Below, in pieces: positions 1 to 10,589 of a stretch of 64,000 nt of DNA. Under the pieces are notes generated by a model that saw only the letters and a list, made by a program, of their open reading frames with translations, was not told where the DNA came from and made no database searches. Position 1 is the stretch's first letter. Each line of letters starts with the position of its first letter. The translations under genes were made by a program, and so were the position numbers. The stretch is taken from IMG/VR virus record IMGVR_UViG_3300043446_004437, positions 1 through 64,000 of that record; one strand, 5' to 3'.

Positions 1-53
1 GAGACGCTGTAGAAGCGATCTCTAATTAATGTTGTTACACCTGGTGTAGCCAT
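1..53 (-). CDS. 5' end of a gene running off the window, possibly the tail sheath
   Basis: ATG at 53 with GGAGG SD; reads MATPGVTTLIRDRFYSV; an N-terminal PGV is typical of sheath proteins. Confidence 0.45.
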   Translation of the reverse strand, partial: MATPGVTTLIRDRFYSV

Positions 54-90
54 GTTATTTTTGAACCTCCGACAGAATAACTCTTGTCTT

Positions 91-98
91 ATAGTAAC
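91..98 (-). promoter_or_regulatory. Candidate late promoter TTACTAT (first copy; others at 4108, 4440, 6973, 17012, 24433, 28513, 31325 variant, 45672, 47194, and on + at 48857)
   Basis: Same 7-mer, oriented with the gene, mostly 26-38 nt upstream of start codons. Confidence 0.6.
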
Positions 99-155
99 AA
101 GTAACTCATAAAAATAACTATGAATATATTAAGTAAGCTTAAATTAATATATGTT

Positions 156-926
156 TTAGTGCCTTGGAGTAGCGGTATTTTCCAAATCTATAAGATTAAC
201 TGGTATATCTTGATAGTTTGGAGTTGCGCCATTTAATAGTTCTGATTCGTAAGCCATAAATTGTCTTACGTCTACCGCGATCTTTTCTATTGTATTTGCC
301 TGTGCCGCAAAGGTTTTTTCAGTAGTCAGCATGTACGTTACGGTTCTTTTATGTACGTCTTTTACGTCTCTATTGACCTCTGAGTCCGAAAGCCTTCTTG
401 AATATACTAGTTCTGAAGCTCCTATCTTTTTAAAGATAGGCGTATATTCCAACATAAAATCTTCAAATGATTCTATTAAAGACTCAACAAGATAAGCGTT
501 GTCTTGGTCGTCGCAACCTGAGTCTGGGTTAGATCCTAGTCTTTTACCAACTGGAGACATAGCCGTGAATGCTACAACATTTTGAAATCTTTGCCCATAA
601 ACATATATATTATTATTTGTTATTTGTCTCATTCTAGGTTTTGGTTCTACAGAATGAGCTTTTCTTAACTCTAAAGAATAGACTATTATTGCGTCTGTTG
701 AATCATACTCTTGAGTTGCTGGATTAAACCAAGTAAAAGAATTTTCTGCGCTACTAGTTGCCTTTATAGGATAGTTTGGAAAACTTTGCTCCCATAAAGA
801 TTTTACTGCTGAAATGAATTCTAAATATGATAAATTTCCTTCAGACTGAAGAATATTTGCAAAACGTGATTTATCCATCGCATCTGCAAACCCAAGTATA
901 GGCATGTTTATCGGAAGTTGTGCCAT
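156..926 (-). CDS. Hypothetical tail completion/terminator-like protein
   Basis: 256-aa ORF between two sheath-like genes; function from position only. Confidence 0.4.
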   Translation of the reverse strand: MAQLPINMPILGFADAMDKSRFANILQSEGNLSYLEFISAVKSLWEQSFPNYPIKATSSAENSFTWFNPATQEYDSTDAIIVYSLELRKAHSVEPKPRMRQITNNNIYVYGQRFQNVVAFTAMSPVGKRLGSNPDSGCDDQDNAYLVESLIESFEDFMLEYTPIFKKIGASELVYSRRLSDSEVNRDVKDVHKRTVTYMLTTEKTFAAQANTIEKIAVDVRQFMAYESELLNGATPNYQDIPVNLIDLENTATPRH

Positions 927-927
927 G

Positions 928-2814
928 TTACGCTGCCGGTCCTGCTGATAAAGAAAGATTTATTTTTTTCAAACCTAAAGAAGATGTTAAATTAATATTT
1001 AATATTAATAAACCTTTTTCGCTTGTTGATTGTTCAGCTTTAAATTCATAATCAATAATTGATTTATTTTTCTTTAAAATAGCTAACATATTAGTAACAT
1101 TTGTTACCACTTTGTCATAGCCAAATTTGCCTATATAGTCATATCCATAAGCCTTAACTTGACTAGCAACAAAAGATGTTAATCTCATTTGTGGAAGCTT
1201 TGAAAATACCGAATTAGCATTTGCCAAAGTATAGTCTCCAGTTAAATAAACCTCATAGACATTACCTCTACGAGCTTTAACCCCTCTATATATAGTATTT
1301 ATTCCCATAGAATCTAGATCGTTTAATTGTGTTGATGTTAAATCAACTCCATATAAAGATAACGCTCCAGGAATTCTTTTTCTTGTTAAACCCATATTTA
1401 AATCAGATTGGGCTACCATCCCAGCAACTGCCGCGGCAACCGAAGCAGTATAGGTGGAATCTATTTGCATGTGTGAAAAAACTGCCTCTCCGTAAACTGG
1501 CATAACATATCTGCCAATATCTGAAGCTATTTGTGTGCTAGAGGTAGTATTTATAAAAGTTGTATATTTATATTTAAGATATTTGCTATTTTTAATTAAT
1601 TCTATATCATTTGCATTTATTCCATTAGTCCTACTTCCAATCACCCCCATTTGTACATAGCCTGTTTCGTTATGAAAATCATGGCAATAGTGAGCTAATT
1701 GCGAAAGAAAATCTACACCTTCTGTTTTAATTATGGAAGCTTCTAGCGGAACAACTATATCAATATAATCTAATTGTTTTATTATTTTATAAGTTTCAAT
1801 TAATCTTTTATAATATTTTTCATAAAAAGTTTGTGGTACAACATTAGATTGACTTTCACTAAAAATTGCATATGCTGTATTTCTATCTGGAACACTTGGC
1901 ACATACTCTGACATCGGCGCTGCTGCACAGATAAAAATGTTTCTTGCTCCAGCCCCATACGCATCTAGCACGCCTCTTAGAAGGGGGCTGTTTTTATTGC
2001 CAGACAATAAATCTATTGCGTTTTGTATAGAACTTATCTTTACTGGATTATTTATTTCTATTCCATCACCATGACCAATTAATAAGATTGATTGCATGTT
2101 TGTTTGATTCAAATCATCATATGATGGTTTATAGGATATTGTGGCAGATTTGTTTCCTTGCCCTGTTCCAGAAGTTAAATCATATAATGTATCTTTTAAT
2201 TCAAATTGCGCTATTGAACTAAGCGGATTACCATTAATAAATGTTTTAGCAACGACGGTATATATGCCGTTAAACAAAGAATTTTGGGCTTCTATATTTT
2301 CTGGTATCTTATAATTAAAGACAAATTCAGTTGTTCCATTTCTTTGGATATAAGCGTTAGGACTGGTATTTGCATCTGTGTACTTATATGAAATAGGAGA
2401 CCCTATAAGCGCTCCAGATTGATCTGGACCTCTATAGACGCTTACAACCACATCTGAGCCACCCGCTATTGGATCATAAGATAATCCACCATTTAACAAA
2501 TATGACTTAACTGATGCTGTCCCACCAGAAACTTGAACTGAAACATTTGATTCCATAGTTCTGTAAGAAAATGTTGAATCAGTAATTTCTTCTATTGTAT
2601 GTATTCCATTAAAAATACTATCAACACCGGCTATTGTTACGGCTTGACCAATTTGAAAACCGTGATTAACAACTGTTGTTATTGTTGCTTTACCATTTAA
2701 AATTTGTTTAAATGAAATATTTTTAGTATTAGTAGACGTACTTGACACATCTTTTGCATCAGCAACAAAAGTAAATTTAAATTTAAGTTGTTGATTCTTT
2801 TTTACTATTAACAC
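928..2814 (-). CDS. Tail-sheath-like protein with N-terminal beta-rich extension
   Basis: C-terminal half resembles sheath domains (LDSMGINTIYRG...SKLPQMRLTSFV); GTG start chosen just after the upstream stop. Confidence 0.55.
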   Translation of the reverse strand: MLIVKKNQQLKFKFTFVADAKDVSSTSTNTKNISFKQILNGKATITTVVNHGFQIGQAVTIAGVDSIFNGIHTIEEITDSTFSYRTMESNVSVQVSGGTASVKSYLLNGGLSYDPIAGGSDVVVSVYRGPDQSGALIGSPISYKYTDANTSPNAYIQRNGTTEFVFNYKIPENIEAQNSLFNGIYTVVAKTFINGNPLSSIAQFELKDTLYDLTSGTGQGNKSATISYKPSYDDLNQTNMQSILLIGHGDGIEINNPVKISSIQNAIDLLSGNKNSPLLRGVLDAYGAGARNIFICAAAPMSEYVPSVPDRNTAYAIFSESQSNVVPQTFYEKYYKRLIETYKIIKQLDYIDIVVPLEASIIKTEGVDFLSQLAHYCHDFHNETGYVQMGVIGSRTNGINANDIELIKNSKYLKYKYTTFINTTSSTQIASDIGRYVMPVYGEAVFSHMQIDSTYTASVAAAVAGMVAQSDLNMGLTRKRIPGALSLYGVDLTSTQLNDLDSMGINTIYRGVKARRGNVYEVYLTGDYTLANANSVFSKLPQMRLTSFVASQVKAYGYDYIGKFGYDKVVTNVTNMLAILKKNKSIIDYEFKAEQSTSEKGLLILNINLTSSLGLKKINLSLSAGPAA

Positions 2815-2815
2815 T

Positions 2816-3190
2816 TTAAACCTGTTTTTCTCTAGTCGCCCCAACAGTCCAATATACTATTTTTCCATTTTTTCCTCTAATTGGGGCACTTGTATCTATT
2901 ACGTAAATTGTATATTTATTTGCGGCGTTAGGAATCATTTCATATATTCTATCGCCTTCTCCTGGATTAATTGAGCCTTCAAAATAATAAACAATATCAG
3001 AATTAACCAATATACCTTCTGCTTCTTCATCAACAGATTTGGCTAAAAATCTTCCTTTTTGAAAAACACTTCTAGTAGTTACTTGTTGTAAGTTTTCTTC
3101 GTAATTACCATTGGGTTTTTTTCTTTGTATAAAAACATCATAGCCCCATTTTTTTAAAATGTTTAAAAAAGATTTTTCAAGATTAATCAT
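2816..3190 (-). CDS. Head-closure/neck-like protein
   Basis: ~124 aa, beta-rich, GDRIYE motif, neck-module position. Confidence 0.45.
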   Translation of the reverse strand: MINLEKSFLNILKKWGYDVFIQRKKPNGNYEENLQQVTTRSVFQKGRFLAKSVDEEAEGILVNSDIVYYFEGSINPGEGDRIYEMIPNAANKYTIYVIDTSAPIRGKNGKIVYWTVGATREKQV

Positions 3191-4082
3191 AATTATGTAG
3201 ACCCCTCTTTGGCATTGGGTCATACGATAGTTCTTTCTTTCTGCTAGCCCCGTATATATCCCTTTCGGTTAGATATGTAACTCTTCCTGTGTCTGGGTCT
3301 ATATACTTGCCTGCATTTACTATTGGGAGTGTTGGTATACCTTTAGGCTGAACTCCTCTCGCCCCGGTTATTCCAGCTAACATTTCTTTTCTTAGAGCAG
3401 CGGCTATTTGACACCAGGTTACGGCGTTGCCTCTGCTTATATTTGTTCTTGGAAGATTTCGAGCAGTTACAGTTAAATCACCAAGCTGGACAGATACGTC
3501 ATCATCACCACCATAACTATATGTTCTACTTAAATCGCACGCTGTTGCTGCTTTTATATATTCCAAACTTGTGTAATTAATATTTGATGCTGAATAAAAA
3601 TCATTAAACCCATAAATATCTCTTACTTCCATAGAATGGAAATGTATTATTTCTCCTATTTCCAATAAAGATGCTTCAGGAAAATATGCTTGCATTTCTT
3701 CTGGGTTTAAATAAATTGGATCAACATCTGGTGCAAATGTAATTATTTCATCTGCTTTTAAAGTTATTTTTGGTTTGTATTCATCGGTTGATGTGCTGAC
3801 ATATAACTGTTGATTTACTGTTATAGAGCTTCCACCAGGGATATTGCCAATGAAAACTATTTTATAAGTGTCAGCTACAGTTGGAGTAAAATCATAATAA
3901 TATTCAGAGCTAGTTAATGATGTCGCGCTAGTTGAAACAATTTCTGTATTATCTGATTTATATATAGCGACCAAAACAGAAGTGGGGCTAACTAAAATCT
4001 GTTCACCAGTAAGGTTGTTTACGTCAACAAATTTTACCTTTATTCTTATTTTATCATTTACAAGAACCGTGTTTGTTAACAT
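3183..4082 (-). CDS. Head-tail adaptor-like protein with N-terminal Ig-like domain
   Basis: 299-aa ORF; SVQLGDLTVT segment typical of adaptors; position. Confidence 0.4.
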   Translation of the reverse strand: MLTNTVLVNDKIRIKVKFVDVNNLTGEQILVSPTSVLVAIYKSDNTEIVSTSATSLTSSEYYYDFTPTVADTYKIVFIGNIPGGSSITVNQQLYVSTSTDEYKPKITLKADEIITFAPDVDPIYLNPEEMQAYFPEASLLEIGEIIHFHSMEVRDIYGFNDFYSASNINYTSLEYIKAATACDLSRTYSYGGDDDVSVQLGDLTVTARNLPRTNISRGNAVTWCQIAAALRKEMLAGITGARGVQPKGIPTLPIVNAGKYIDPDTGRVTYLTERDIYGASRKKELSYDPMPKRGLHNYD

Positions 4083-4120
4083 TTAATCTCCAAGTTTAAT
4101 ATTTTTTATAGTAACTATAT

Positions 4121-4408
4121 TTAGCCTAATATAGATACTTCGCCATTTGTAGTAATAGATATTACTTGGGCGGACGCAATAGCGCTTACGTCTTCATCTA
4201 AAACTTCAATGGAAATAATTCCTTCTGGATTTACATCAATACTTAAAACGCCAATTGTAGTTGAATTAGAGTAATCTTCATTATTAGCGTAAAATACTGT
4301 TATATTGTTTAATACAATTGGATTTATTAAACTACTTGCGTATATTAAAATTGTTCCATTGTACGTAACATTAGAAGAATTATATGAAATAGGTTCGTTG
4401 TATCGCAT
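4121..4408 (-). CDS. Hypothetical virion protein
   Basis: 95-aa ORF preceded by the TTACTAT motif. Confidence 0.5.
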   Translation of the reverse strand: MRYNEPISYNSSNVTYNGTILIYASSLINPIVLNNITVFYANNEDYSNSTTIGVLSIDVNPEGIISIEVLDEDVSAIASAQVISITTNGEVSILG

Positions 4409-4475
4409 GTTTTTCCAAAATTAAAGATTGTATATAACAATAGTAATATCAATTATTGTATTCGACCAGCGTATT

Positions 4476-5546
4476 TTAGAAAGTCACCGTTCCTGTTCCA
4501 GCAGTAAATTGATAATATCTATAGCTACCATAAGTAGATGTTGAGTATGTCAAACCTGCACCGATAGATGAAATAGTTGGCATGCTGCTTGAATAACGAA
4601 TGATTACAATTCCTGAACCACCAAGGCCAGGAGTGTTACTCCACGCAGAGTATTGTGCTCCACCTCCGCCTCCGCCTCCACCAGTGTTTGCTGTGCCGTT
4701 TGTACCGCTTCCACCGCTTGAACCTCCAGAACTAGCGCTTCCAGCATTATATTCAGCTCCACCTCCACCGCCTCCAGCACGACCAACCGCTGATCCAGTT
4801 ATGCTACTAGATATTCCAGCGCCACCATTACCTGCGTATGGCTGGTATCCGTTCAGAGTATACCCATTTCCCCCTGCTCCGCCTGCTCCACCACCACCAC
4901 CACCACCTGCCTCGCCGCCGGGTCCAAAACCACCAGAATAGCCGTATGAGCCAGCATTTCCACCTGTGCCACTCCCTGAATTAGCACCAGCCGTAGCGGT
5001 AACGCTACTAAACACCGAATTACTACCACCACCGCCAACTGTGACGGTAACAGAAGTTCCAGCGTTGATTGATAATGCTGATTCAAGCGGCTGACCACCG
5101 CCATTTGATTCGCCAGACACAGAAGAACGGTATCCTCCAGCACCACCGCCTCCTCCGCCATAATATGTTCCGCTGCTACCTCCAGTACGCCCAGTGCCGC
5201 CTCCACCAACAACAACATATTCCACAGAGAACGGTGGAGGAACCGGTGTAACAGAACCAGACGAAGAAGACGTAGCCGTTTCACTAGTCGATGATGTAGC
5301 TCTAACTGTAAAAGTATAGGCGGTTCCGTTAGTTAGACCAGTTACAGTAAGAGGAGAAGAAGACCCCGATGCCGTAAAATTTCCTGGCGATGAAGTCGCA
5401 GTATAAGTTACAGAACCAGATTTACCTTTATACGTCGATGCGGTAAAAGTTACTGTCGCCTGTGCGTTACCAGCGGTAGCCGAAACGCTCGTAGGAGCAT
5501 CGGGGATCCCCCCGCTGCGAGATGCAAAAATGCCTCTACTAGGCAT
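4476..5546 (-). CDS. FN3-domain plus Gly-rich virion protein
   Basis: PDAPTSVSATAGNAQATVTF...GLTNGTAYTFTVRA (FN3), then GGGG...GGSGIVIIRY; start coupled to upstream TAATG. Confidence 0.75.
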   Translation of the reverse strand: MPSRGIFASRSGGIPDAPTSVSATAGNAQATVTFTASTYKGKSGSVTYTATSSPGNFTASGSSSPLTVTGLTNGTAYTFTVRATSSTSETATSSSSGSVTPVPPPFSVEYVVVGGGGTGRTGGSSGTYYGGGGGGAGGYRSSVSGESNGGGQPLESALSINAGTSVTVTVGGGGSNSVFSSVTATAGANSGSGTGGNAGSYGYSGGFGPGGEAGGGGGGGAGGAGGNGYTLNGYQPYAGNGGAGISSSITGSAVGRAGGGGGGAEYNAGSASSGGSSGGSGTNGTANTGGGGGGGGAQYSAWSNTPGLGGSGIVIIRYSSSMPTISSIGAGLTYSTSTYGSYRYYQFTAGTGTVTF

Positions 5547-6916
5547 TAAGCGCTTAGATCTCCAATTAAAACCCATGTGTCCGTAGCACGTTTGGTTAAC
5601 GTTGCTGCAGACCATTGAGCACGTAGCTTAAGACCAGGGGTTCCGTTTACTGTTACACCACCAGCACCAGCTACCGTTATTTGACCAGCGCCAGTTTGTA
5701 AAATGTCGATGCGTGCACCTACAGGGAAAGCAACCGAAGTATTAGCTGGAACCGTAAGAGTTGTTGCCGAAGCATTACTTAATTCAACAAGTTTATTTTT
5801 ATCAGTTAAAACTAAAGTATAGCTTGCTGTTTGTGCATTTATTATAGTATCAGCTATCTTACCTTGATCAATTGCTGCTGTAGCAGATATATCAGCGTTA
5901 ACTATTGCTCCAGCAGCAATTTGTACGTTGCCAGTATTTGTAATAGTTACGTCACCAGAAACCGCTACAGATGTAGCAACGCCAGTTGCATTACCAACTA
6001 AAATATTGGCACTTGAAAGTGTTGCCAATTTGCTAAAATCAATTGCTGCAGACGCGTTTACGTCAGCGTTAACAATCGTCCCATCTGCAATCATTGTGCT
6101 AGTTACCGTGCCGGAATCTGCTGTTGTTACTATATTACCGTAAGTGGTTCCATCATTAGTGGATTCCCATATGTCATTGGTTTCATTCCAACGAACAGCA
6201 ACGGTGTTGGATAACCCGCGAAGAACTTCAATACCAGCATTTTCTGTTGGCGTACCGGTTGTAAAATCGCTGTTAAGGGTAACAATATTATCAGCAACGC
6301 TGAGAGTTGTGGTATTAATAGTTGTAGTTGTCCCAGAAACAGTTAAATTACCAGAAACAACTAAATTATTAGCAACTGTTATTAACCCTCCGGTTGAAGC
6401 AACTGTCAAGTTACCAGAAGATGTATTAATTGTTCCAGCTGCACTAGTGCCGATTGTAACAGTATTTGCTGTTACACCACCAAATGTTGGACTGTCAGAT
6501 GTGCCAACTCCAAGAGTTGTTCTAATTGCTGAAGTTGAGGCATCATCAAGAATGCTGCGTGCAGCAGATGTAACATCAGTTAAAGCAGCAGTGCCTGAAC
6601 CGGTAAAATATGGCATTTTGTCTGCTGCACTAGTTAACCCAGCAAGTGCGGTAAGTTCTGTATCAAGGGGTTGAGCGTTTGCATGAAGGCCATCTACATA
6701 ACCTTTTGTAGCAAGATCGGTAGAACTACTTCCTGCACTAGAAGCTACAATTGAACTAACATTTAAAACACCATTTGCTGCGATGTTTGCAACAACGTTA
6801 CCACTAGAATTTTTAAACTCTACTAGTGGTGCAGTAGCTCCGCTTGCTGCTTTAAATACAACGGATTCGTCGTATACTGTAATTTCTGGTGCGGTCTCAG
6901 TTCTTAAACGGGCCAT
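5546..6916 (-). CDS. Tail fibre-like protein
   Basis: NAGIEVLRG...RWNETND and IVNADI repeats; C-terminal [10 protein letters not shown] module shared with 18960-21536. Confidence 0.7.
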   Translation of the reverse strand: MARLRTETAPEITVYDESVVFKAASGATAPLVEFKNSSGNVVANIAANGVLNVSSIVASSAGSSSTDLATKGYVDGLHANAQPLDTELTALAGLTSAADKMPYFTGSGTAALTDVTSAARSILDDASTSAIRTTLGVGTSDSPTFGGVTANTVTIGTSAAGTINTSSGNLTVASTGGLITVANNLVVSGNLTVSGTTTTINTTTLSVADNIVTLNSDFTTGTPTENAGIEVLRGLSNTVAVRWNETNDIWESTNDGTTYGNIVTTADSGTVTSTMIADGTIVNADVNASAAIDFSKLATLSSANILVGNATGVATSVAVSGDVTITNTGNVQIAAGAIVNADISATAAIDQGKIADTIINAQTASYTLVLTDKNKLVELSNASATTLTVPANTSVAFPVGARIDILQTGAGQITVAGAGGVTVNGTPGLKLRAQWSAATLTKRATDTWVLIGDLSA

Positions 6917-6995
6917 GATACTCCTATTAAAATCGGTTTTGAAAATTATAGTATTGGGTACAAACCAATTTTATAGTAATGAAATTATATAAATT

Positions 6996-7802
6996 TTATT
7001 GTGTTATTCTTTTTAAGAATTCTAACATTTTTCCAACGTATTTAATACGACCAAAATGTGTTAAATTAATAGTTGGATCAACCCAAACTTTTCCACCTAT
7101 TTTTTGCCAATATCTACAAAAGCCATAATCTTCCGACAAAAATCTACCATCTTCATCTACATAAGAATTAAACAACGCATAAGAAAAATTTTTTTCTACA
7201 CCATTTAAAGCACCAGTGTCATCATTATACTTTAATTTTTTGTATTTTTTAAACATCTTATCAAAGACTTGACGTTTAATTAACATAAAACCAGTCCCAG
7301 CTTCATAACACTCTATCGCACCATTATCGATATTTAATTGTGATTCTCCTGGTTTGACCATATGTACGACATATCTTGTGGCATACTCCATCAGATCTTT
7401 TGCTTCTAAACCTTCTGTTGCACCTTCTTTTATTTTATCCCAATTTATTTCTTTAATTGGATAAGAAGCTGTCACTACATCTTTATCATGCCACAAAAGT
7501 TTAAGAATTGCTTCTTTATCAAATTGTAAATCTACATCTATAAAAACCATATGGGTAAAAGACTCGTTGCCCATGAATTTAGCTACAAGATTATTTCTTG
7601 CACGATTAATTAAAGAATCAGAAATTGTACAAACTGAATACTTTAAACCAATTTCTTTATAATATAAAAGAGCTTGTAAAAAGCTCATCATAAAAGGTTC
7701 TGTTACGTGCGAATCATAACAAGGAAGAGCAAAAAAAACATTCCATTCTTGGATTTTTTCTTTTGGAATTGTTATATTAATTTGTTGTTGTTCTATAGAC
7801 AT
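6996..7802 (-). CDS. Glycosyltransferase (GT-A fold)
   Basis: SLINRARN, FIDVD (DxD) and LSEDYGFC motifs. Confidence 0.75.
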   Translation of the reverse strand: MSIEQQQINITIPKEKIQEWNVFFALPCYDSHVTEPFMMSFLQALLYYKEIGLKYSVCTISDSLINRARNNLVAKFMGNESFTHMVFIDVDLQFDKEAILKLLWHDKDVVTASYPIKEINWDKIKEGATEGLEAKDLMEYATRYVVHMVKPGESQLNIDNGAIECYEAGTGFMLIKRQVFDKMFKKYKKLKYNDDTGALNGVEKNFSYALFNSYVDEDGRFLSEDYGFCRYWQKIGGKVWVDPTINLTHFGRIKYVGKMLEFLKRITQ

Positions 7803-7814
7803 AATGAAATTATA

Positions 7815-7946
7815 TCATAACACTAGAAAATATCCAAATTTATATAATATATTTATATCCCAAGAAGAGCCATTCCAAATCCAACTTCTTCCACCCGATG
7901 TATATATCTGATTACTTGTTGGGGAATCTGGAAAGTCAATAGCCAT
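7815..7946 (-). pseudogene. Truncated 43-aa remnant of a virion protein
   Basis: AGGAG SD + ATG; MAIDFPDSPTSNQIYTSGGRSWIWNGSSW then an AT-rich tail and stop. Confidence 0.5.
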
Positions 7947-7957
7947 TAAAATATCTC

Positions 7958-8611
7958 CTAATTATCTGAGTATCCATAAACACGATAGAATCCTGTTATA
8001 GAAGCAGTAGCAATCCATGTTAAACCATCATTTGCTTCTGCAACATGATAAGTTCCTCCCCCGCTAATACTTGCATAACTATTAGCATCATCGCAACCAA
8101 AACCAGTCAGTGCAAAAGTTGTTCTTGTTGTTGCTTCAGTTGGGTTAAAAATTGTCATATTGGCAGAATATAGACGAATTGTAGATGTTGCACCAATATT
8201 TACTGAAGTTCCTGCATTTGTTTGATTAATTGCTGTTGAACCACTATATGGATATCTTTGAACATTTCCATAATAGCTAGAACCTGTCCTAGCCGAGCCA
8301 GCATTATTAACGCGAACTGAAATTTGACCATCAGAGCAACTTGTTATTTGAAATATAACTTGATATGTTTTATAAGTTGAAGTAAAAACCCCAGTTGCCA
8401 TGCTAACTGATGTAGAACTACTAAAACTTGCTCCAGCAATATATTGCAAACCATTCTGCGTAACCCATGCACTTCCGTTATAAGCAGCCAAACGGTTGGT
8501 ATCGGTTTCAAAAATGAGTTGACCAACATAAGGAACAGATGGGCGAGTAGATGAAGTAACGACTCCTGGTCTAATCGAAGATGATGCGCCGAGAACAGAT
8601 GAAAGAGGCAT
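7958..8611 (-). CDS. Fibre-associated virion protein
   Basis: TSSTRPSVPYVGQLIFETDTNRL..YNGSAW N-terminal module. Confidence 0.65.
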   Translation of the reverse strand: MPLSSVLGASSSIRPGVVTSSTRPSVPYVGQLIFETDTNRLAAYNGSAWVTQNGLQYIAGASFSSSTSVSMATGVFTSTYKTYQVIFQITSCSDGQISVRVNNAGSARTGSSYYGNVQRYPYSGSTAINQTNAGTSVNIGATSTIRLYSANMTIFNPTEATTRTTFALTGFGCDDANSYASISGGGTYHVAEANDGLTWIATASITGFYRVYGYSDN

Positions 8612-8829
8612 TATTCAACAACCTCAGGTGCTACTGGTGAAGTGAAATCTTCTGATTCTTCGTCGTAGATAAAGCCAATACCAGCGTAGGTCTTGCCCTC
8701 AGTGTCAAAGAAGGTTTCAACCCAACGTCCTGGATAACGATCAGGGTTGGCCTTAAGAAAGTCCTCCATGACCACTGCGACATGGGTGACTATATTATTT
8801 TCATCTATTTGTGCAAAGTATTGACTCAT
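8611..8829 (-). CDS. Small acidic protein accompanying Gly-rich fibres
   Basis: 72 aa, YFAQIDENNIV start, AGGAGG SD. Confidence 0.65.
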   Translation of the reverse strand: MSQYFAQIDENNIVTHVAVVMEDFLKANPDRYPGRWVETFFDTEGKTYAGIGFIYDEESEDFTSPVAPEVVE

Positions 8830-8849
8830 ATATCCTCCTATTATATCAT

Positions 8850-10589
8850 TTATGAAGTTCTGTAACGTACGTAGACGATACCTGATCCACCAGCACCAGC
8901 GGCATACGTTGGCGAACCATCTCGTCTACCACCGCCACCACCGCCACCACGATTAGTTGCACCAGCAGTTGCAACAGAACCACCAGCACCATTACCTCCA
9001 CCATCTTGACCAGTGCCGCCAGTGCCATTTGAACCACCATTGGTAGTGTTTGCCCCACCACCTCCACCACCACCAGCAACAGTTGTTGTTACTGTGCCAC
9101 CAGTAAATGTTGAAAGACTAAATCCAGAACCACCGTTTCCAGCCGCAGAACCCACGACATTATTCGCTCCGACAGAGCCATAACCTCCGCCTCCGCCGCC
9201 ACCTTGATAAATTGCACTACCTGCTCCACCAGCGTTACCCTGTCTTGGTGTTCCAGCACCAGCACTTGAACCAGAATTCTGAGATGCGGCACCACCACCA
9301 GAGCCACCAGCACTTGCGGCACCACTTCCAGATGTTTGACCAAATCCTCCACCTACTGCCGCAACACGACCAACAAGAGATGCAAGACCAATACGGTCAA
9401 CAGCACCACCAGCACCAACTGTTACAGAGGTGCTACCTGCTGGTAGATAAATAGTTTGTTCAACTACACCACCACCGCCACCTCCTCCACAACCAGAGTC
9501 GTTGGAACCAGGTGTTCCACCACCACCACCACCACCCACTAAAAGCACATCAAACAAACCTGCGGTTGTAACCGTTAATGTACCATCTGAGGTAAAGGTT
9601 AAAAGATTATAATTGATCCCTCCCGATACAATTGATGATGGGGAAGAAGCTCCGGTTGCAGCACCATATCCAGCAGTAGTAGCGAGGGCATCGCCTTGAA
9701 CACGGCGACGAATGTACACAATTCCTGAACCACCAGCGCCGCCAGCACGGCTGGAGCCTCCGGATGGTTGCCCACCACCGCCACCACCGGAGGCCGTGTT
9801 TGCCGAAGCGGCAGAACCTGCGGCAGAAGAACCGCCACCAGCACCACCAATAGAAGAACCACCAGCACCACCAGTAGAACCACCGCCACCACCACCGGCC
9901 CCTTTGAACAAGGATGCTCCGCCGATAAATGCGCTTACGTCTGTGCCTACACCGCCAGCGCCACCTGTAGTGCTTGCTCCATTTTGTCCAGCGCCACCAG
10001 TTCCGCCACCACCACCGCCAAATGCATTATCTGACCCGTTTCCGCCGCTGTACCCATAATCCGTCGAAGCATATGAACTTGCATATCCGGTCGTGTACCC
10101 CGTGTAACCAGCTCCACCACCGCCACACCCTCCAGTGACATGTGTCGATGTTCCAACAACAAATGGGCAACCACCAGAACCACCACCGGTCACTGCAAGA
10201 ATCGTCCCAATTCGTGACGCAGCACCAATCGTTCCCCAATCACCACTTGCAGATGCCGCACCTCCAGCACCACCCGCTCCGACCGTCACCGAGTAGGAGC
10301 CTGCGGCAAGATACACGGTGGTCTGAAGTTTTCCTCCAGCACCACCGCCTCCCGCTGGTCTGCTGCTGCTTCCCTGAGAAGCAGAACCGCCACCTCCACC
10401 GCCGAACATCAAAACATCAAACCACCCCGCTTTGGAAACAGTGAATGTTCCATCAGCAGTGAATGTATGCAACTGGTATGACACACCAGAGATCGTAATG
10501 GTGTCTCCAGTAGGGTCAACCTGACTTCCACCTGACCCAACGCCGTATTGCGTCACCAATCGTTGTGTGCGACCACCAGAAACACTCAT
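8850..10589 (-). CDS. Gly-rich virion protein, two tandem domains
   Basis: Two copies of HTFT.DGT..V..AG.FDVL..GGGG...GGSGIVY.R. Confidence 0.75.
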   Translation of the reverse strand: MSVSGGRTQRLVTQYGVGSGGSQVDPTGDTITISGVSYQLHTFTADGTFTVSKAGWFDVLMFGGGGGGSASQGSSSRPAGGGGAGGKLQTTVYLAAGSYSVTVGAGGAGGAASASGDWGTIGAASRIGTILAVTGGGSGGCPFVVGTSTHVTGGCGGGGAGYTGYTTGYASSYASTDYGYSGGNGSDNAFGGGGGGTGGAGQNGASTTGGAGGVGTDVSAFIGGASLFKGAGGGGGGSTGGAGGSSIGGAGGGSSAAGSAASANTASGGGGGGQPSGGSSRAGGAGGSGIVYIRRRVQGDALATTAGYGAATGASSPSSIVSGGINYNLLTFTSDGTLTVTTAGLFDVLLVGGGGGGGTPGSNDSGCGGGGGGGVVEQTIYLPAGSTSVTVGAGGAVDRIGLASLVGRVAAVGGGFGQTSGSGAASAGGSGGGAASQNSGSSAGAGTPRQGNAGGAGSAIYQGGGGGGGYGSVGANNVVGSAAGNGGSGFSLSTFTGGTVTTTVAGGGGGGGANTTNGGSNGTGGTGQDGGGNGAGGSVATAGATNRGGGGGGGRRDGSPTYAAGAGGSGIVYVRYRTS

